DNA of 63,960 bases, filler included, from Octopus bimaculoides (Eukaryota): NCBI RefSeq assembly GCF_001194135.2. It is 7 parts of 6 records of this genome, joined end to end, with 100 filler letters (N's around TTAATTAATTAA, not from the genome) between each part and the next. Parts side by side here need not be neighbours in the genome. Positions count along the whole stretch, not along the records: positions 62,949 to 63,960 come from NC_069006.1; 6 more parts are not named here. One strand, written 5' to 3'. Positions within the stretch are counted from its first letter, which is position 1; every line of letters starts with the position of its first letter. Both the position numbers and the translations under genes were made by a program. The notes beneath the pieces are model-generated. The model did no database searches, was not told where the DNA came from, and saw only the letters and a program-made list of their open reading frames with translations. This document shows positions 63,445 through 63,960 of this stretch, piece after piece.

Positions 63445-63960
63445 GATTTCAAATTTTGGCACAAGGCCAGCAATTTCATCGACCCCTGTGTCCAACTGGT
63501 ACATATTTTATCAACTCCAAAATGATGAAAGGCGGAATTTGAATTCGGAAAGTGATGACGGACGATACACCGCAAAGCATTTTTGCCGACGTGCTAACAA
63601 TTCCGACAGCTTGCCACCTTATGGCGTTTTCTAGTATTAATTTCAAATTTTGGCACGAAGTCAAAAATTTCGTGGGAGGTGATAACTCGATTACATCGAT
63701 CCCAGTACTCAGCGGATATTTATTTTATCGATCTCTAAACGATGTAAGGCAAATTCGACCTCGGCGGAATTTGAACTCAGAACGTAAAGACAGACGAAAT
63801 GCCGCTAAGCAATTAACTCAAAGTACTAATGATTCTGCCAGCTTGCCTCTCTCATCTATAAAAATATTCTTTTCTACTCTAGGCACAAGGCGCGAAATTT
63901 TGGGGGACGGGGCCAGTCGATTGGATCGACCTCAGTACGCAACTGGTACTTAATATATCG
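63445..63960 (-). mobile_element. Three head-to-tail SINE-A copies (63445-63618, 63638-63848, 63870-end)
   Basis: Repeated ggcggaatttgaa.tc.gaa core; the first two copies have tail type iii and the third has tail type ii. Confidence 0.88.

Overview
AT-rich, microsatellite-saturated animal DNA from a gappy assembly (roughly a third N). The repeat families suggest an octopod cephalopod; this is inference, not verified. There is no CRISPR array, rRNA or true tRNA gene. Almost all listed ORFs are artefacts of N-runs or simple repeats. Supportable content: (i) three recurring tRNA-headed SINE families (my labels SINE-A/B/C), often nested; (ii) decayed LINE pieces (R4/Dong-like RT, REL-clade CCHC/C-terminus, RTE 3' end); (iii) Penelope-like elements (PLEs), including a near-continuous RT-to-GIY-YIG copy at 47039-48795; (iv) an internally deleted mariner, a hAT MITE with a perfect 8-bp TSD, a Helitron-like 5' end and a probable decayed hAT transposase; (v) candidate host exons: two phase-compatible minus-strand exons encoding a membrane-protein segment and two phase-compatible plus-strand exons. 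The most interesting signal is a set of hammerhead-ribozyme (HHR)-like motifs: a canonical minimal one at 25055-25122, a U3-A8 covariant one at the PLE 3' end (47039-47083), an inverted degenerate pair near 35.1-35.5 kb, and one with a long stem III at the head of a hairpin-rich, GC-rich 115-codon ORF island (16165-16660). SINE-A also repeatedly joins at the same AGAA site within SINE heads.
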